A stretch of DNA of 64,000 nucleotides from a virus: the IMG/VR virus record IMGVR_UViG_3300029653_000167, positions 1 to 64,000 of that record; one strand, written 5' to 3'. The notes under the pieces were generated by a model, which worked only from the letters and a program-made list of their open reading frames with translations, did no database searches and was not told where the DNA came from. The translations under genes and the position numbers were made by a program. This document shows positions 8,401 through 17,302 of this stretch, in pieces (position 1 is the stretch's first letter; the number at the start of each line of letters is the position of its first letter).

Positions 8401-8585
8401 CTTTCACCCCGAGGCCGGGCTGCAAGTGCGCCAGATGCCTGTGGGCTCACGGGGACAAGATCACGCTCCCCCAATGCACCACATGCGGTGCCGTTGATTG
8501 CGCCGGAGCCCAATCACACATGCTGGTCTGCAACAGGCGGGCCATGGAGAAACACAAGACGAACAATTACAGGAGGAATGCGTAA
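8397..8585 (+). CDS. small Cys-rich protein (GTG start)
   Basis: GTGA overlap with upstream stop; CKCARC ... CTTCGAVDC. Confidence 0.3.
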   Translation: MTFTPRPGCKCARCLWAHGDKITLPQCTTCGAVDCAGAQSHMLVCNRRAMEKHKTNNYRRNA

Positions 8586-9079
8586 TGGCCGGAGAACCAA
8601 GCATCGAGTTTACCGGATATGCGGGAGAGATCAAGGATTTTCAGGATTCCAGTATTCTCAACGTCAGCGTCCATCCGGGTTACACGGATAAGAACACGAA
8701 CCAGTGGGTTGACAAGGAGCCTCAGTTCTATGGTGTGCGTCCCTTGTCGAATCAGGCGAAGGATGCTTTGAATCAGGTTCGCCAGTTGAAGTCCCAGCCG
8801 AACATGAGCGTGAAGGTTCTTGTGAACGGCAGCTTGTCCAAAAGAGTGTCGGAAAAGGATGGGAAACGGTATGAGAATTGGGATGTCGCGGCCCGCACCA
8901 TTGCGGTGTTGAGCGCGAAACCCAAGGCCCAGCAGTCTGGTTTCCAACAGTCGCAGCAGCAGTATCAGCAAGGATTCCAGCAGCCGCAACAGGGATTCCA
9001 GCAACCGCAACAGCAGTATCAGCAGCCTACGGACCCGTGGAGCCAACCCCAGGACGAATACGGAAATGGGCAGATCTAA
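8585..9079 (+). CDS. single-stranded DNA-binding protein (OB-fold) with Q-rich tail
   Basis: ORF 8498..9079 from Met30. OB-like core. C-terminal QQYQQGFQQPQQGFQQPQQQYQQP. Confidence 0.5.
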   Translation: MAGEPSIEFTGYAGEIKDFQDSSILNVSVHPGYTDKNTNQWVDKEPQFYGVRPLSNQAKDALNQVRQLKSQPNMSVKVLVNGSLSKRVSEKDGKRYENWDVAARTIAVLSAKPKAQQSGFQQSQQQYQQGFQQPQQGFQQPQQQYQQPTDPWSQPQDEYGNGQI

Positions 9080-9428
9080 CCCGTCCCAACACGTCAAGGA
9101 TTTGGTGGACGCACGCGACCAATACCGGTGCGTCCGCTGCGGCAAACCATTCCATTGGAGCGGTTTCAGCCGGCATCATCGCAGACTCCGGTCACACAAG
9201 TGGCCGGGACTGCATGAGGCGTCGAACCTCATCTTGGCGTGTGGGAGTGGCGATACGGGATGTCATGGGTGGATTCACGCCCATCCGCGTGAGGCCATGA
9301 GCTTGGGGTACATCGTGAGCGGTTTCAACGATCACCCCGAACTGGTGCCGATTCTCACCGCCCAACATGGTTGGGTGCTTCTGGACGATAAGGGAGGTTG
9401 GACGCGATGCGAACCGCCGAAGCAGTAA
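9066..9428 (+). CDS. HNH endonuclease
   Basis: CVRCGKPFHWSGFSRHHRRLRSH ... ILACGSGDTGCHGWIHAH. Confidence 0.6.
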   Translation: MGRSNPSQHVKDLVDARDQYRCVRCGKPFHWSGFSRHHRRLRSHKWPGLHEASNLILACGSGDTGCHGWIHAHPREAMSLGYIVSGFNDHPELVPILTAQHGWVLLDDKGGWTRCEPPKQ

Positions 9429-9525
9429 GCCTGTTGTTCATCCTGTTCTGCCGTGACCCGCAGTTTCGGCGGGCGTTGTACAAGCTCGACCCTGTGTTGT
9501 TCCGCAGGTTCACTAATGGGGAGGT

Positions 9526-9972
9526 GTGGCTGTGAACGTTGATGACATGACCGATGAGGAGTTCATCGACTATTGCCGGAACGGCGGCGAACTGTCCGGC
9601 CTGATAACTGAACGTCATCCGAAATGCGATTGGTGCGGTGGCATGTGCCGGGTCGGCAAGGATGGCATGTGCCGGAACTGTCGTGTCAGGGAACGGCGTC
9701 GAACCGACCCCGAGTATGCGCAGCATCTGCGTGATCTGGCGAATCGGCGGAACGCTCGTAATCGTGAGAAACGTAATGAGTATGCACGCCGATACCGGTC
9801 GGAGCATTTGGCTCAGGCTCGGGCTTCGGCTCGTAAGTATGCCGCCGCCCATCAGCGTGAGATGGCTGAATACCATCGCCGTTGGAGGTCGGAGCATCCC
9901 GAGAAATACGCCCAGTATGAGGCGAAGCGGAAACGTAAACGACAACTAGCCAAGGAGGCTGTCAATGAGTGA
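9526..9972 (+). CDS. hypothetical Arg-rich protein with N-terminal Cys cluster
   Basis: CDWCGGMCRVGKDGMCRNC; basic C-term. Confidence 0.4.
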   Translation: MAVNVDDMTDEEFIDYCRNGGELSGLITERHPKCDWCGGMCRVGKDGMCRNCRVRERRRTDPEYAQHLRDLANRRNARNREKRNEYARRYRSEHLAQARASARKYAAAHQREMAEYHRRWRSEHPEKYAQYEAKRKRKRQLAKEAVNE

Positions 9973-10609
9973 GAAACCATTCTGGGCAGGTAAGACCCTT
10001 ATGGAGATTCAGAATCTCGATAAGCGAGTCAAGGTGACAATGGAGAACGGAGACGTATTCATAGGGAAGCTCGTGCGGCGTTCCAGAGACACGGACGGTA
10101 TATGTAGCCTTTCGATGCAACTCGACGCGCATCGAACATATTTACACGTGTTCTCGGCTGAATCATCTGATACGCAGCCCATCATTCCCAGTTACGTCGA
10201 TACCGTCGAATTGTTGGATGACCCCAACTACGAGCGTATCGAGGAGGCTGATGACCTCCAAGAGAAAGATATTGCCGTTATGCTCGACGGCAACCGCTAC
10301 AAGGTCACAGATGTGGAAAAAGGCCGTAACCGATTCTGGGGTCGGGTATACGGCGCTGTCGGGCCGGAATGTATCGCCCTTGGCTTCAACGCCTTCACCT
10401 ACGGACTCCGTCCGAAGCCCCGGCTTCCTGACAAGCCTGGACTGTGGTTGGACAAGGACGATAACACATGGGTGATGGGCGAGAATGCCTTTCCACTCAC
10501 GTGTATTGATGCCGGTAATTGGAGTATCACGCGCCCGCAGTTCTCAACGGATAGCGTTCAGGTTCTAAATGCTGCACCGTTCCGATTGGCTAAGGCGGTG
10601 GAAGCATGA
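9965..10609 (+). CDS. hypothetical protein with PFW-GKT domain (paralog of 7477..8400)
   Basis: Shared N-terminal domain motif. Confidence 0.5.
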   Translation: MSEKPFWAGKTLMEIQNLDKRVKVTMENGDVFIGKLVRRSRDTDGICSLSMQLDAHRTYLHVFSAESSDTQPIIPSYVDTVELLDDPNYERIEEADDLQEKDIAVMLDGNRYKVTDVEKGRNRFWGRVYGAVGPECIALGFNAFTYGLRPKPRLPDKPGLWLDKDDNTWVMGENAFPLTCIDAGNWSITRPQFSTDSVQVLNAAPFRLAKAVEA

Positions 10610-11028
10610 GCAATCGTATTGTGAAATTGCCCTCGGTCGAATCTTTCGGCCGTCTCACGCCCGACAAGTGGCTGGCCTTGAAGAATCTGGAAGAGAGCGC
10701 CGAACTGGTCGAAGCCTGCAAACAATACCTGAAAGCCAGCGACCCGACAGACCCGAGCGGCATTGGCCGGGAGCTCGATGATCATGCGAACTGCCTCGCC
10801 TGCTTCGGGGTGAACGTGGGCGGCGAGCTCGGCGATGACCGGGACAAGGCGAAAGCCGGATGGATAGGTTACGTGCGCGACCAGCGCCGCCAAGCCATGC
10901 TCGACGAGCTCGCCGACGTGTTGCAGACGGTCGGCAACCTGATCACCGCGTTCGACATCACCGACGAGGAACTTGCTCAGTCTATGGATGATTGCCTTGT
11001 TCGCAATCAGGAACGAGGTCGACTGTGA
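10606..11028 (+). CDS. possible MazG-like NTP pyrophosphohydrolase
   Basis: EE/LAD acidic helices (EESAELVEACKQ ... LDELADVLQTVGNL). Weak. Confidence 0.3.
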   Translation: MSNRIVKLPSVESFGRLTPDKWLALKNLEESAELVEACKQYLKASDPTDPSGIGRELDDHANCLACFGVNVGGELGDDRDKAKAGWIGYVRDQRRQAMLDELADVLQTVGNLITAFDITDEELAQSMDDCLVRNQERGRL

Positions 11029-11318
11029 GCATCATCAGCAGTGAGGCGAAGTGGGCTGTCCTCCAACGAGTTGTCCGTCTATCCCCCGAGGAAATACGTG
11101 GCACGACCAAGGGCAAGGAATACGAGGCCGGTTTTATCGCCGGAGCCACGCGCCAGCCCACGAACGAGGAAATCGAAGCCGGGGCGAAAGCGTTCTACGA
11201 GGCGTTGAAGCCCGACTCTTACCCTCAATGGGATTCTGACTGCGCGTTGAGGGCCGAATACTACGACGCCATGCGACTCGCAGTCAAGGCAATGCAAGGA
11301 AAGGCAGCGGAAGAATGA
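11025..11318 (+). CDS. hypothetical protein (GTG start)
   Basis: GTGA overlap. Confidence 0.35.
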   Translation: MSIISSEAKWAVLQRVVRLSPEEIRGTTKGKEYEAGFIAGATRQPTNEEIEAGAKAFYEALKPDSYPQWDSDCALRAEYYDAMRLAVKAMQGKAAEE

Positions 11319-11677
11319 ATCTTTTAGATGAAACCAAGGATGCGATATCACAAAGCGGGCATTCGACCGATGACGTTCGATTCGTCGGCTCCCGCGACGG
11401 GAAGCTGGGAATTCCGTGGAGTCAGGCCGAAAAGGTGCTCGACATCGATTACGACAACGGATACGGCGATCAGGAGATAGCCGCCGATCTGGTCGTGGTG
11501 TTCACGGATGGCGGGTTCCTGCGCCGCGAGGAATACGACGGCAGCGAATGGTGGGAGTACGAGCCACCGTTCAGAGTCCTGGAGACGCAGAAGCCGTTCA
11601 AACTCGTGAAGCTGACCAGCTATCGCACACGGTTGCTTGTGGAGATCAATTATCCGATGGAGGCAACGGAAGAATGA
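11315..11677 (+). CDS. hypothetical protein
   Basis: ATGA-coupled chain of early ORFs. Confidence 0.4.
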   Translation: MNLLDETKDAISQSGHSTDDVRFVGSRDGKLGIPWSQAEKVLDIDYDNGYGDQEIAADLVVVFTDGGFLRREEYDGSEWWEYEPPFRVLETQKPFKLVKLTSYRTRLLVEINYPMEATEE

Positions 11678-11919
11678 GCGACATGAGGAGCTTCATCAAG
11701 GTTGAGCACAGTCGTTTTACTTTGATTTTGCGCAAGGGGATGCTCCCGTTCCACTGGATTGCGGAATCCCACGTCTACCCGGACAAAGGTTATGTCACGG
11801 CGGCGCGGGAGCGCGCCAACTACGGCGCTGTATGGGCGTTGAGCAGTATGGGCGCTCTCGATCAGGTCATGCCATCGATCTGGGAGGACATCAAATGGTT
11901 GGACGAAAGGATGGACTGA
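11674..11919 (+). CDS. hypothetical protein
   Basis: ATGA overlap; MSDMRSFIKVEHSRF. Confidence 0.35.
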   Translation: MSDMRSFIKVEHSRFTLILRKGMLPFHWIAESHVYPDKGYVTAARERANYGAVWALSSMGALDQVMPSIWEDIKWLDERMD

Positions 11920-12188
11920 TGCGTTTTCACAAAATTAGCCCGTGTCCCAAATGCGGGGGCAAGGTCAAGGCGAAATGGGAGGAGCAGCATTATCTGTCCG
12001 CTTTGGTCTTCCGGTGCGGCGGATGCAGGTATAAGCCGTATGCTCTCGCGTTGAAGTCGAAGCCCGCAGTGGAGTGGGAGTGGCCGAAAGACATGATGCT
12101 CGCCGCCGCCATCCGTCGTTGGAATGCGATGTGCAACGGGGACCGGAAATACAAGCTGATTCGCGAGAGTCTGGGAGGCAGACGATGA
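11919..12188 (+). CDS. small zinc-ribbon protein
   Basis: CPKCGGKV ... CGGCRYKP. Confidence 0.35.
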   Translation: MRFHKISPCPKCGGKVKAKWEEQHYLSALVFRCGGCRYKPYALALKSKPAVEWEWPKDMMLAAAIRRWNAMCNGDRKYKLIRESLGGRR

Positions 12189-12469
12189 GAGACAAGGCGA
12201 TGCCGTTGGGCAAGAAGTTCAAGGTCCGGTTGACCATCACACCGGAGGAAACCGGAACGCCCGTGGACATGCTGGGATTCACATTCACCAGCGGCCGGAA
12301 CGGGCGTATGGAACTGGACACAGAGTACAACAACATTCCCAAACTGGCTGATGACGGGCTCGACTCACTGTCGATTCTCGTGATCCTCAAAACACTGGAG
12401 ATGTGGGCCCAGAAGGGATATGAGCTGTTCCAGCCCATCGCTCAACGATTTCACGGAGACGGACGATGA
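12185..12469 (+). CDS. hypothetical protein
   Basis: ATGA overlap; Met38 of ORF 12074..12469. Confidence 0.35.
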   Translation: MRDKAMPLGKKFKVRLTITPEETGTPVDMLGFTFTSGRNGRMELDTEYNNIPKLADDGLDSLSILVILKTLEMWAQKGYELFQPIAQRFHGDGR

Positions 12470-12717
12470 AGGCGACGAGGGGGACGGACGTGGAGATCGA
12501 ACGACGGTGCGGCATGGTCACAGGTGCCTCCTGCGGGAATGTGACCCTGAGCTGGATTCCCGGAGACGGCCGAAACGGCACCCGCTCATGGGTGCTGGCC
12601 ACTCATGATGGCGACAGCATCCGCCGCATCCGGTTGAGCCGGAACGAGCTCGGCGACCTGGAGGACATCCTCCAATCAATCGCGAACGAGGAGAAGGAAC
12701 TGCGAGGTGGACGATGA
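12466..12717 (+). CDS. hypothetical protein
   Basis: Coupled ORF. Confidence 0.35.
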   Translation: MKATRGTDVEIERRCGMVTGASCGNVTLSWIPGDGRNGTRSWVLATHDGDSIRRIRLSRNELGDLEDILQSIANEEKELRGGR

Positions 12718-12995
12718 GCACTCTGGATATTTTGGGTAACACGAGCGAGCAGGCGGATTCGATACGTCTGATGCTCAAAGTGCGGGGCATGAAGGACGGT
12801 CGTTTCACCGACGCCGACCCGCTCATTATCCTCAAGGCCGACAATCATCAAGGTTCCGACAGGTGGGACGTGTATGTCAGCAAGACGGTGTATCCGACCG
12901 CCGAATCGTATGGCACGCTCGCCGGCGTGCTGAGGATGCTCGCCGACGACGTGGAGATCATGGCGCGAGAGAAGGAAATGGGAGGCGGACAATGA
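12714..12995 (+). CDS. hypothetical protein
   Basis: Coupled ORF. Confidence 0.35.
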   Translation: MSTLDILGNTSEQADSIRLMLKVRGMKDGRFTDADPLIILKADNHQGSDRWDVYVSKTVYPTAESYGTLAGVLRMLADDVEIMAREKEMGGGQ

Positions 12996-13270
12996 GCGGA
13001 CACGACGAAACAATTCATCCAGACTATATTCCCGAGGATTTCAGGGAACTGCTGCGCATGGCTTGCGATTCCGTCTGGGAACAAGGCGAGTTGTACAGCG
13101 AAGACCTGTTGCTGGCGGCTTTCAAACCCGCCATAGACGAACACGACCGGCAGATAGCCGAACAGGCATGGGAGAACGGATATATCCAAGCCCTCAAGAA
13201 CATGAACCCCATGCCCGGCGAGGAACCGCCCGAATACACGCCAAACCCATATCGAAAGGAAAACGCATGA
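12992..13270 (+). CDS. hypothetical protein
   Basis: Met44 of ORF 12863..13270; ATGA coupling. Confidence 0.35.
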   Translation: MSGHDETIHPDYIPEDFRELLRMACDSVWEQGELYSEDLLLAAFKPAIDEHDRQIAEQAWENGYIQALKNMNPMPGEEPPEYTPNPYRKENA

Positions 13271-13479
13271 ACGAGATTCAGCTTACAGACCATTTGGTTG
13301 CGCATATCGGCGCGGAAGGCACCTGCGGCCGTTATCAAGCCAAAATCTGCGAAGACGGCAACTTCAGAGACTTCCTGTACGCCATGAGCCTCAAACGTCT
13401 CAAGCGCAAATGCGAGAAGTATGCGAAGCGTGAACGCAAGGCCATCGCATATGTCGCCACGCTCAAGGAGGAATCATGA
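13267..13479 (+). CDS. hypothetical protein
   Basis: Met69 of ORF 13063..13479. Confidence 0.35.
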   Translation: MNEIQLTDHLVAHIGAEGTCGRYQAKICEDGNFRDFLYAMSLKRLKRKCEKYAKRERKAIAYVATLKEES

Positions 13480-13515
13480 GCGTAAGTAGTCTCAAAACGC
13501 GAAGAAGGAATTGAA

Positions 13516-13740
13516 TTGAGCGGCTGGCGTGACAAGGCCGCGTGCCGTGACATGGACCCTGACCTGTTCTTCCCAACCACGTCCAGCGAGGAACGATTGG
13601 CGCTCAAGGCCTGCGCCCAATGTCCGGCGATATGCGAATGCGCACGGTACGCGGCGCAACACGACAGAATCAGCGGCTACCCATTGCAAGGCGTATGGGG
13701 TGGCGTGAACAGGAGCAGAAGAAGGAATCGAAATGAGTGA
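13516..13740 (+). CDS. WhiB-like Fe-S transcription factor
   Basis: Four Cys (AACRDMD ... KACAQCPAICEC) and GVWGG turn. Confidence 0.65.
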   Translation: MSGWRDKAACRDMDPDLFFPTTSSEERLALKACAQCPAICECARYAAQHDRISGYPLQGVWGGVNRSRRRNRNE

Positions 13741-14023
13741 CAAGGATATGGTCACGGTTTACGAACGACGTGACGGCAGCAAACCCGGATTATGGTCCGT
13801 GTACTGGTATTTGGGGTGGGACGTGTTTTGCTCGTTCTCCCTCGCGGTGGGCATCACGTCAAAGAATACGATGATGGCCATTGTTCAAGCGTTTTGTCTG
13901 CTGGTTTTTCTTGGACTCACCGTCTGGCAGTTGAACCATCTGACTTGGAGCATCACCGACTATCGGGTGCGTATCAGCTCTAATTTGGAGAAGGGGGCTC
14001 ATGTTGAGCAAAGCGAAAAGTAA
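13733..14023 (+). CDS. small membrane protein
   Basis: Two hydrophobic helices (WSVYWYLGWDVFCSFSLAVGI; AIVQAFCLLVFLGLTVW). Confidence 0.4.
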   Translation: MSDKDMVTVYERRDGSKPGLWSVYWYLGWDVFCSFSLAVGITSKNTMMAIVQAFCLLVFLGLTVWQLNHLTWSITDYRVRISSNLEKGAHVEQSEK

Positions 14024-14161
14024 AGCATGGCAACTGCTCATTGAAGACTCGAACCGTCCGGCAGAGGAGATTCGCTTGGCTACCGGATTTCGGGTCGATG
14101 TGATCGAGCAGATGCGCGGGGACGTGCAAAAACTACTACGAGACAACCCGGAGTTCTGATT

Positions 14162-14290
14162 ATGAGACCGAGTTATCTGCCCGTCCAGTATGAGCATTGC
14201 CCGTACTGCGGAGGAATCTTGAACGTATTCGGGGACTGCGTGGACTGCCAGTTTCACGATGACCCGACTGAATGGTGGATGGACGAATGA
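14162..14290 (+). CDS. 42-aa zinc-ribbon peptide
   Basis: CPYCGG ... CVDC; ATGA overlap with next gene. Below ORF-track size cutoff. Confidence 0.25.
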   Translation: MRPSYLPVQYEHCPYCGGILNVFGDCVDCQFHDDPTEWWMDE

Positions 14291-14679
14291 GCCGACAGAA
14301 AGCCAAAGGCACACTGCTTGAATCCAAGGTGGTCAACTATTTGCGCGCCCGGTTGGGTGACAGCGAGCAGACGATACACCGTGAAGTGTTGCATGGGACG
14401 AAAGACCAGGGCGATATCACCGGTCTGCGTATCCACGGCCAGCCGGTCGTATTGGAGTGTAAAAACTACAGCACCTATACGGGGAGACTCAAGGAGTGGA
14501 TGCAGGAGGGCCGTACCGAGGCGGGTAACGCTGACGCACCTTACTGGTTCGTCGTGTTCAAACAGAAGGGTCTCGGCTTGAACACGTTGTCAAGCATGGA
14601 CAACCAGCCCGTGCTCACCGACTTAAAGACCCTCGCATTGATAGCAGGACATGGAATCATCGAAGGAGACGAAGAATGA
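14287..14679 (+). CDS. PD-(D/E)XK nuclease (Holliday-junction resolvase-like)
   Basis: E (LLESKV), D (DQGDITG), ECK (VVLECKNYS) triad. Confidence 0.45.
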   Translation: MSRQKAKGTLLESKVVNYLRARLGDSEQTIHREVLHGTKDQGDITGLRIHGQPVVLECKNYSTYTGRLKEWMQEGRTEAGNADAPYWFVVFKQKGLGLNTLSSMDNQPVLTDLKTLALIAGHGIIEGDEE

Positions 14680-15050
14680 GCTACGACCTGTATGTGGTAC
14701 GCCGGGATATTCCCGAGAACTTCTGGGATTACGGGTACGACCCTGACTATGACTATGGCTGCTACTTCAACTACACGTACAATCTCGGCCCGTTCTTCGC
14801 CGCCTATCATGTTCGCCCGTCAACCGACTTGGACGGCAAGACCGGTAGGGAATGCGCCGAAATCATAGGGCACGCCCTCATGCGCATCTACCTTCAGCCG
14901 TTGCATGAGCTGCGTTCCGAATACAATCCGCGCGACGAGAACGGCGAGTTGGTTGATTGGGGCAGTGTGGACGGCGCAATCAAATGGTTGGAACGTGTCC
15001 AAGACTATTGCCGGGAACACCCGGATTACGTGGTCAGGGAACGCTCCTGA
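14676..15050 (+). CDS. hypothetical protein
   Basis: ATGA-coupled; 124 aa. Confidence 0.4.
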   Translation: MSYDLYVVRRDIPENFWDYGYDPDYDYGCYFNYTYNLGPFFAAYHVRPSTDLDGKTGRECAEIIGHALMRIYLQPLHELRSEYNPRDENGELVDWGSVDGAIKWLERVQDYCREHPDYVVRERS

Positions 15051-15333
15051 TGGGAAACAGTCACAACACGACATCCACCGAATGCATCGACTGCGGGCGT
15101 ATCCGGCCACGTAACCAGATGTGCAGCGGGCCCCGTTGCCGCAACTGCCATATCAAGGCCGACCCCATACGGTTGGCGAAGCATAGAGCCGGAAGCGCGA
15201 AATAGGCAAGGGAGCATAAAACCAAACGCACTCCCCCATTGCCCATCCAAGAGGGCGGCATGGTTTTCGCCGGCCACCCCATCGACATCGATGACCCGTA
15301 TCTGCGCGAATTCATCGAAAAGGCAAGGAGAAC

Positions 15334-15612
15334 ATGATGGAAGATAGGAAACTCGTTGATTTCGCCCAGTGGCTGAACGATCATCCGGGCGAATGGAATC
15401 TTTGGCCGTATCTCATTCCGATACAGGCCGACCGCAGGGATACGGTCGCATCGATGAGGCTTGTCATGGACCGCATCAAAAATCATCGGTATGACGAGTT
15501 CCGCGTGGACACCGCCCTGCTCGAATACGAACTGTTCAACGGTTTCATGGGCTTCGACAACGGTGGCGTGCATGAGAACGGTCTCGCGTTGAAGATGAGG
15601 CTCAAAGCATGA
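15334..15612 (+). CDS. hypothetical protein (possible partner of HicA-like gene)
   Basis: ATGA-coupled to next gene. Confidence 0.4.
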   Translation: MMEDRKLVDFAQWLNDHPGEWNLWPYLIPIQADRRDTVASMRLVMDRIKNHRYDEFRVDTALLEYELFNGFMGFDNGGVHENGLALKMRLKA

Positions 15613-15806
15613 CCGCGCGTGGAGATGACCGCAAACTCATGCATTGGATAGCCTCGCACGGCTACACGGTGGTACGCGCCGGCAGCGGCCACTGGAAGAT
15701 ATTCGATGACGGCGTGCTGCTCACGGCGACGAGCGGCACGCCCTCGGACTGGCGAAGCCGCCACAACTTCATACGAGATTTAAGGAGACGAACATGTTCA
15801 ATCTAG
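15609..15806 (+). CDS. HicA/YcfA-like small protein (possible mRNA interferase toxin)
   Basis: KLMHWIASHGYTVVRAGSGHWKI ... TSGTPSDWRSRHNFIRDLRR resembles HicA fold signature. Confidence 0.3.
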   Translation: MTARGDDRKLMHWIASHGYTVVRAGSGHWKIFDDGVLLTATSGTPSDWRSRHNFIRDLRRRTCSI

Positions 15807-15985
15807 CATCGAAGATTCGGCACTGCTGCCCCCTCTACGGATGTGTCCCGCTCATATTCGAATGGAGAGGCCGCTACATGTTTTTCTGCACCCACTTGGA
15901 AGCCCCTTATGCCGATACGAGAGAGGAAGCATGGGATAAGTGGTGCGGGATGGTTGAGAATATTTGGGAAAGGGACAGGAAATGA
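15794..15985 (+). CDS. hypothetical protein
   Basis: 63-aa ORF. Confidence 0.3.
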   Translation: MFNLASKIRHCCPLYGCVPLIFEWRGRYMFFCTHLEAPYADTREEAWDKWCGMVENIWERDRK

Positions 15986-16347
15986 GCATGAGAGTGAGAA
16001 CAACCTACTTGGCAAAATGTGACTACCCGGGCTGTTGCATGCAGTACGACTTCTGGGCAACGAGCGAGGAAAACGCAATCATGGACATTACCGACGACGA
16101 AGACTGGTTGTGCCTGTTCACAAATGATAATGAGCCGCGATTCTTCTGTCCACTGCACTTGCGATACGTGCAAAACTCACAGTATGACTGGCTGACCGTA
16201 TTTTACGATTCCGACAACCCAGACACGCAAACAAGCTTGCACGCTCTAAACAAGTACTACGAGGATATGAGCACACCGCAACCACTGCCAAAACCGGAAT
16301 GCGAGGACACCATACTAGCGATTCTCACAAGCGAGGACACGAAATGA
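15982..16347 (+). CDS. hypothetical Cys-containing protein
   Basis: ORF 15964..16347 from Met7. Confidence 0.35.
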   Translation: MSMRVRTTYLAKCDYPGCCMQYDFWATSEENAIMDITDDEDWLCLFTNDNEPRFFCPLHLRYVQNSQYDWLTVFYDSDNPDTQTSLHALNKYYEDMSTPQPLPKPECEDTILAILTSEDTK

Positions 16348-16613
16348 GCGGTGTGTTAGAACTCCTCCCGCATGACATGGGTCTGCGCGTGGAACTTGAT
16401 ACGAACGAAACATACTACCTGAAAAGCGGATGGATAGGATGCTGTGACGGTATCTACGGGCTTGCTGTGAGTTATACGGATGGTTCCGGCATCGGACACG
16501 TTTCATTCCTTGGCAATCCTGCTCCCATCGCAATCATGAACAGCCATGTGAAGCTGGCAGTCCCATTTGAAGATGAAACCGAAACCACCGAGCAAAGCGA
16601 GGATGCGAAATGA
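16344..16613 (+). CDS. hypothetical protein
   Basis: Met16 of ORF 16299..16613, ATGA overlap. Confidence 0.35.
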   Translation: MSGVLELLPHDMGLRVELDTNETYYLKSGWIGCCDGIYGLAVSYTDGSGIGHVSFLGNPAPIAIMNSHVKLAVPFEDETETTEQSEDAK

Positions 16614-16939
16614 GCATCGCTGATGATGAAGCTGAGAAGGCGTATCCGACCCGCTACTGGAATGGAACGCATGTCAAGGAACAGTTTTACTGCGACACGG
16701 ACGATCTACAGGAAGCTTACCTGCGTGGCTACAACGCACCACCCACGAATGCAGAGATTGAGGCCGTGGCGAGACGGCTCTGCTGGAACAGCTGCAAATG
16801 GGATGGCGTCGATAGCTACGCGGCGAAAGACGAGGATGACGCATGGAATTATGCCGGTGAGATTCCCGGCTCCCATGAGGAATATATCCGACAAGCCAAG
16901 GAACTACTCGCACTGGCGCGGAAGGCGGTAAACGAATGA
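16610..16939 (+). CDS. hypothetical protein
   Basis: ATGA-coupled. Confidence 0.4.
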   Translation: MSIADDEAEKAYPTRYWNGTHVKEQFYCDTDDLQEAYLRGYNAPPTNAEIEAVARRLCWNSCKWDGVDSYAAKDEDDAWNYAGEIPGSHEEYIRQAKELLALARKAVNE

Positions 16940-17148
16940 GTTGCATTGGCAAGGCCGAAACACTCGCCATCGCCGCCGCCGTACTGTTCTCCGTACTGTT
17001 CTTCGCCCTCGTTGCCTATCTCGGCTGGGCTGAAGCAACGGCGGACACCATCATCCTCCGCGACGGCAGCCGATCATACGCATGCCAGACCAGCAGAATC
17101 TCACAAGCGCCACACAACTGCAAACCGGTCAAGGAGAAACGATCATGA
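16936..17148 (+). CDS. small membrane protein
   Basis: TLAIAAAVLFSVLFFALVAYLGW. Confidence 0.3.
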   Translation: MSCIGKAETLAIAAAVLFSVLFFALVAYLGWAEATADTIILRDGSRSYACQTSRISQAPHNCKPVKEKRS

Positions 17149-17270
17149 GCCTCGGATACGTGGAATGCGCCCACTGCGGCGAGACGGTGGGCACATATTA
17201 CGTGACATGCCCCTACTGCGGGTACAAGCTCGACAAGCCGGAACCGTTCTTCCCGCTCTCCCTCGACTAG
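17145..17270 (+). CDS. 41-aa zinc-ribbon peptide
   Basis: CAHCGETV ... CPYCGYKL. Confidence 0.25.
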   Translation: MSLGYVECAHCGETVGTYYVTCPYCGYKLDKPEPFFPLSLD

Positions 17271-17302
17271 GACGCGAACCAGCCCGGAAAGGAGATTGAC
17301 CG

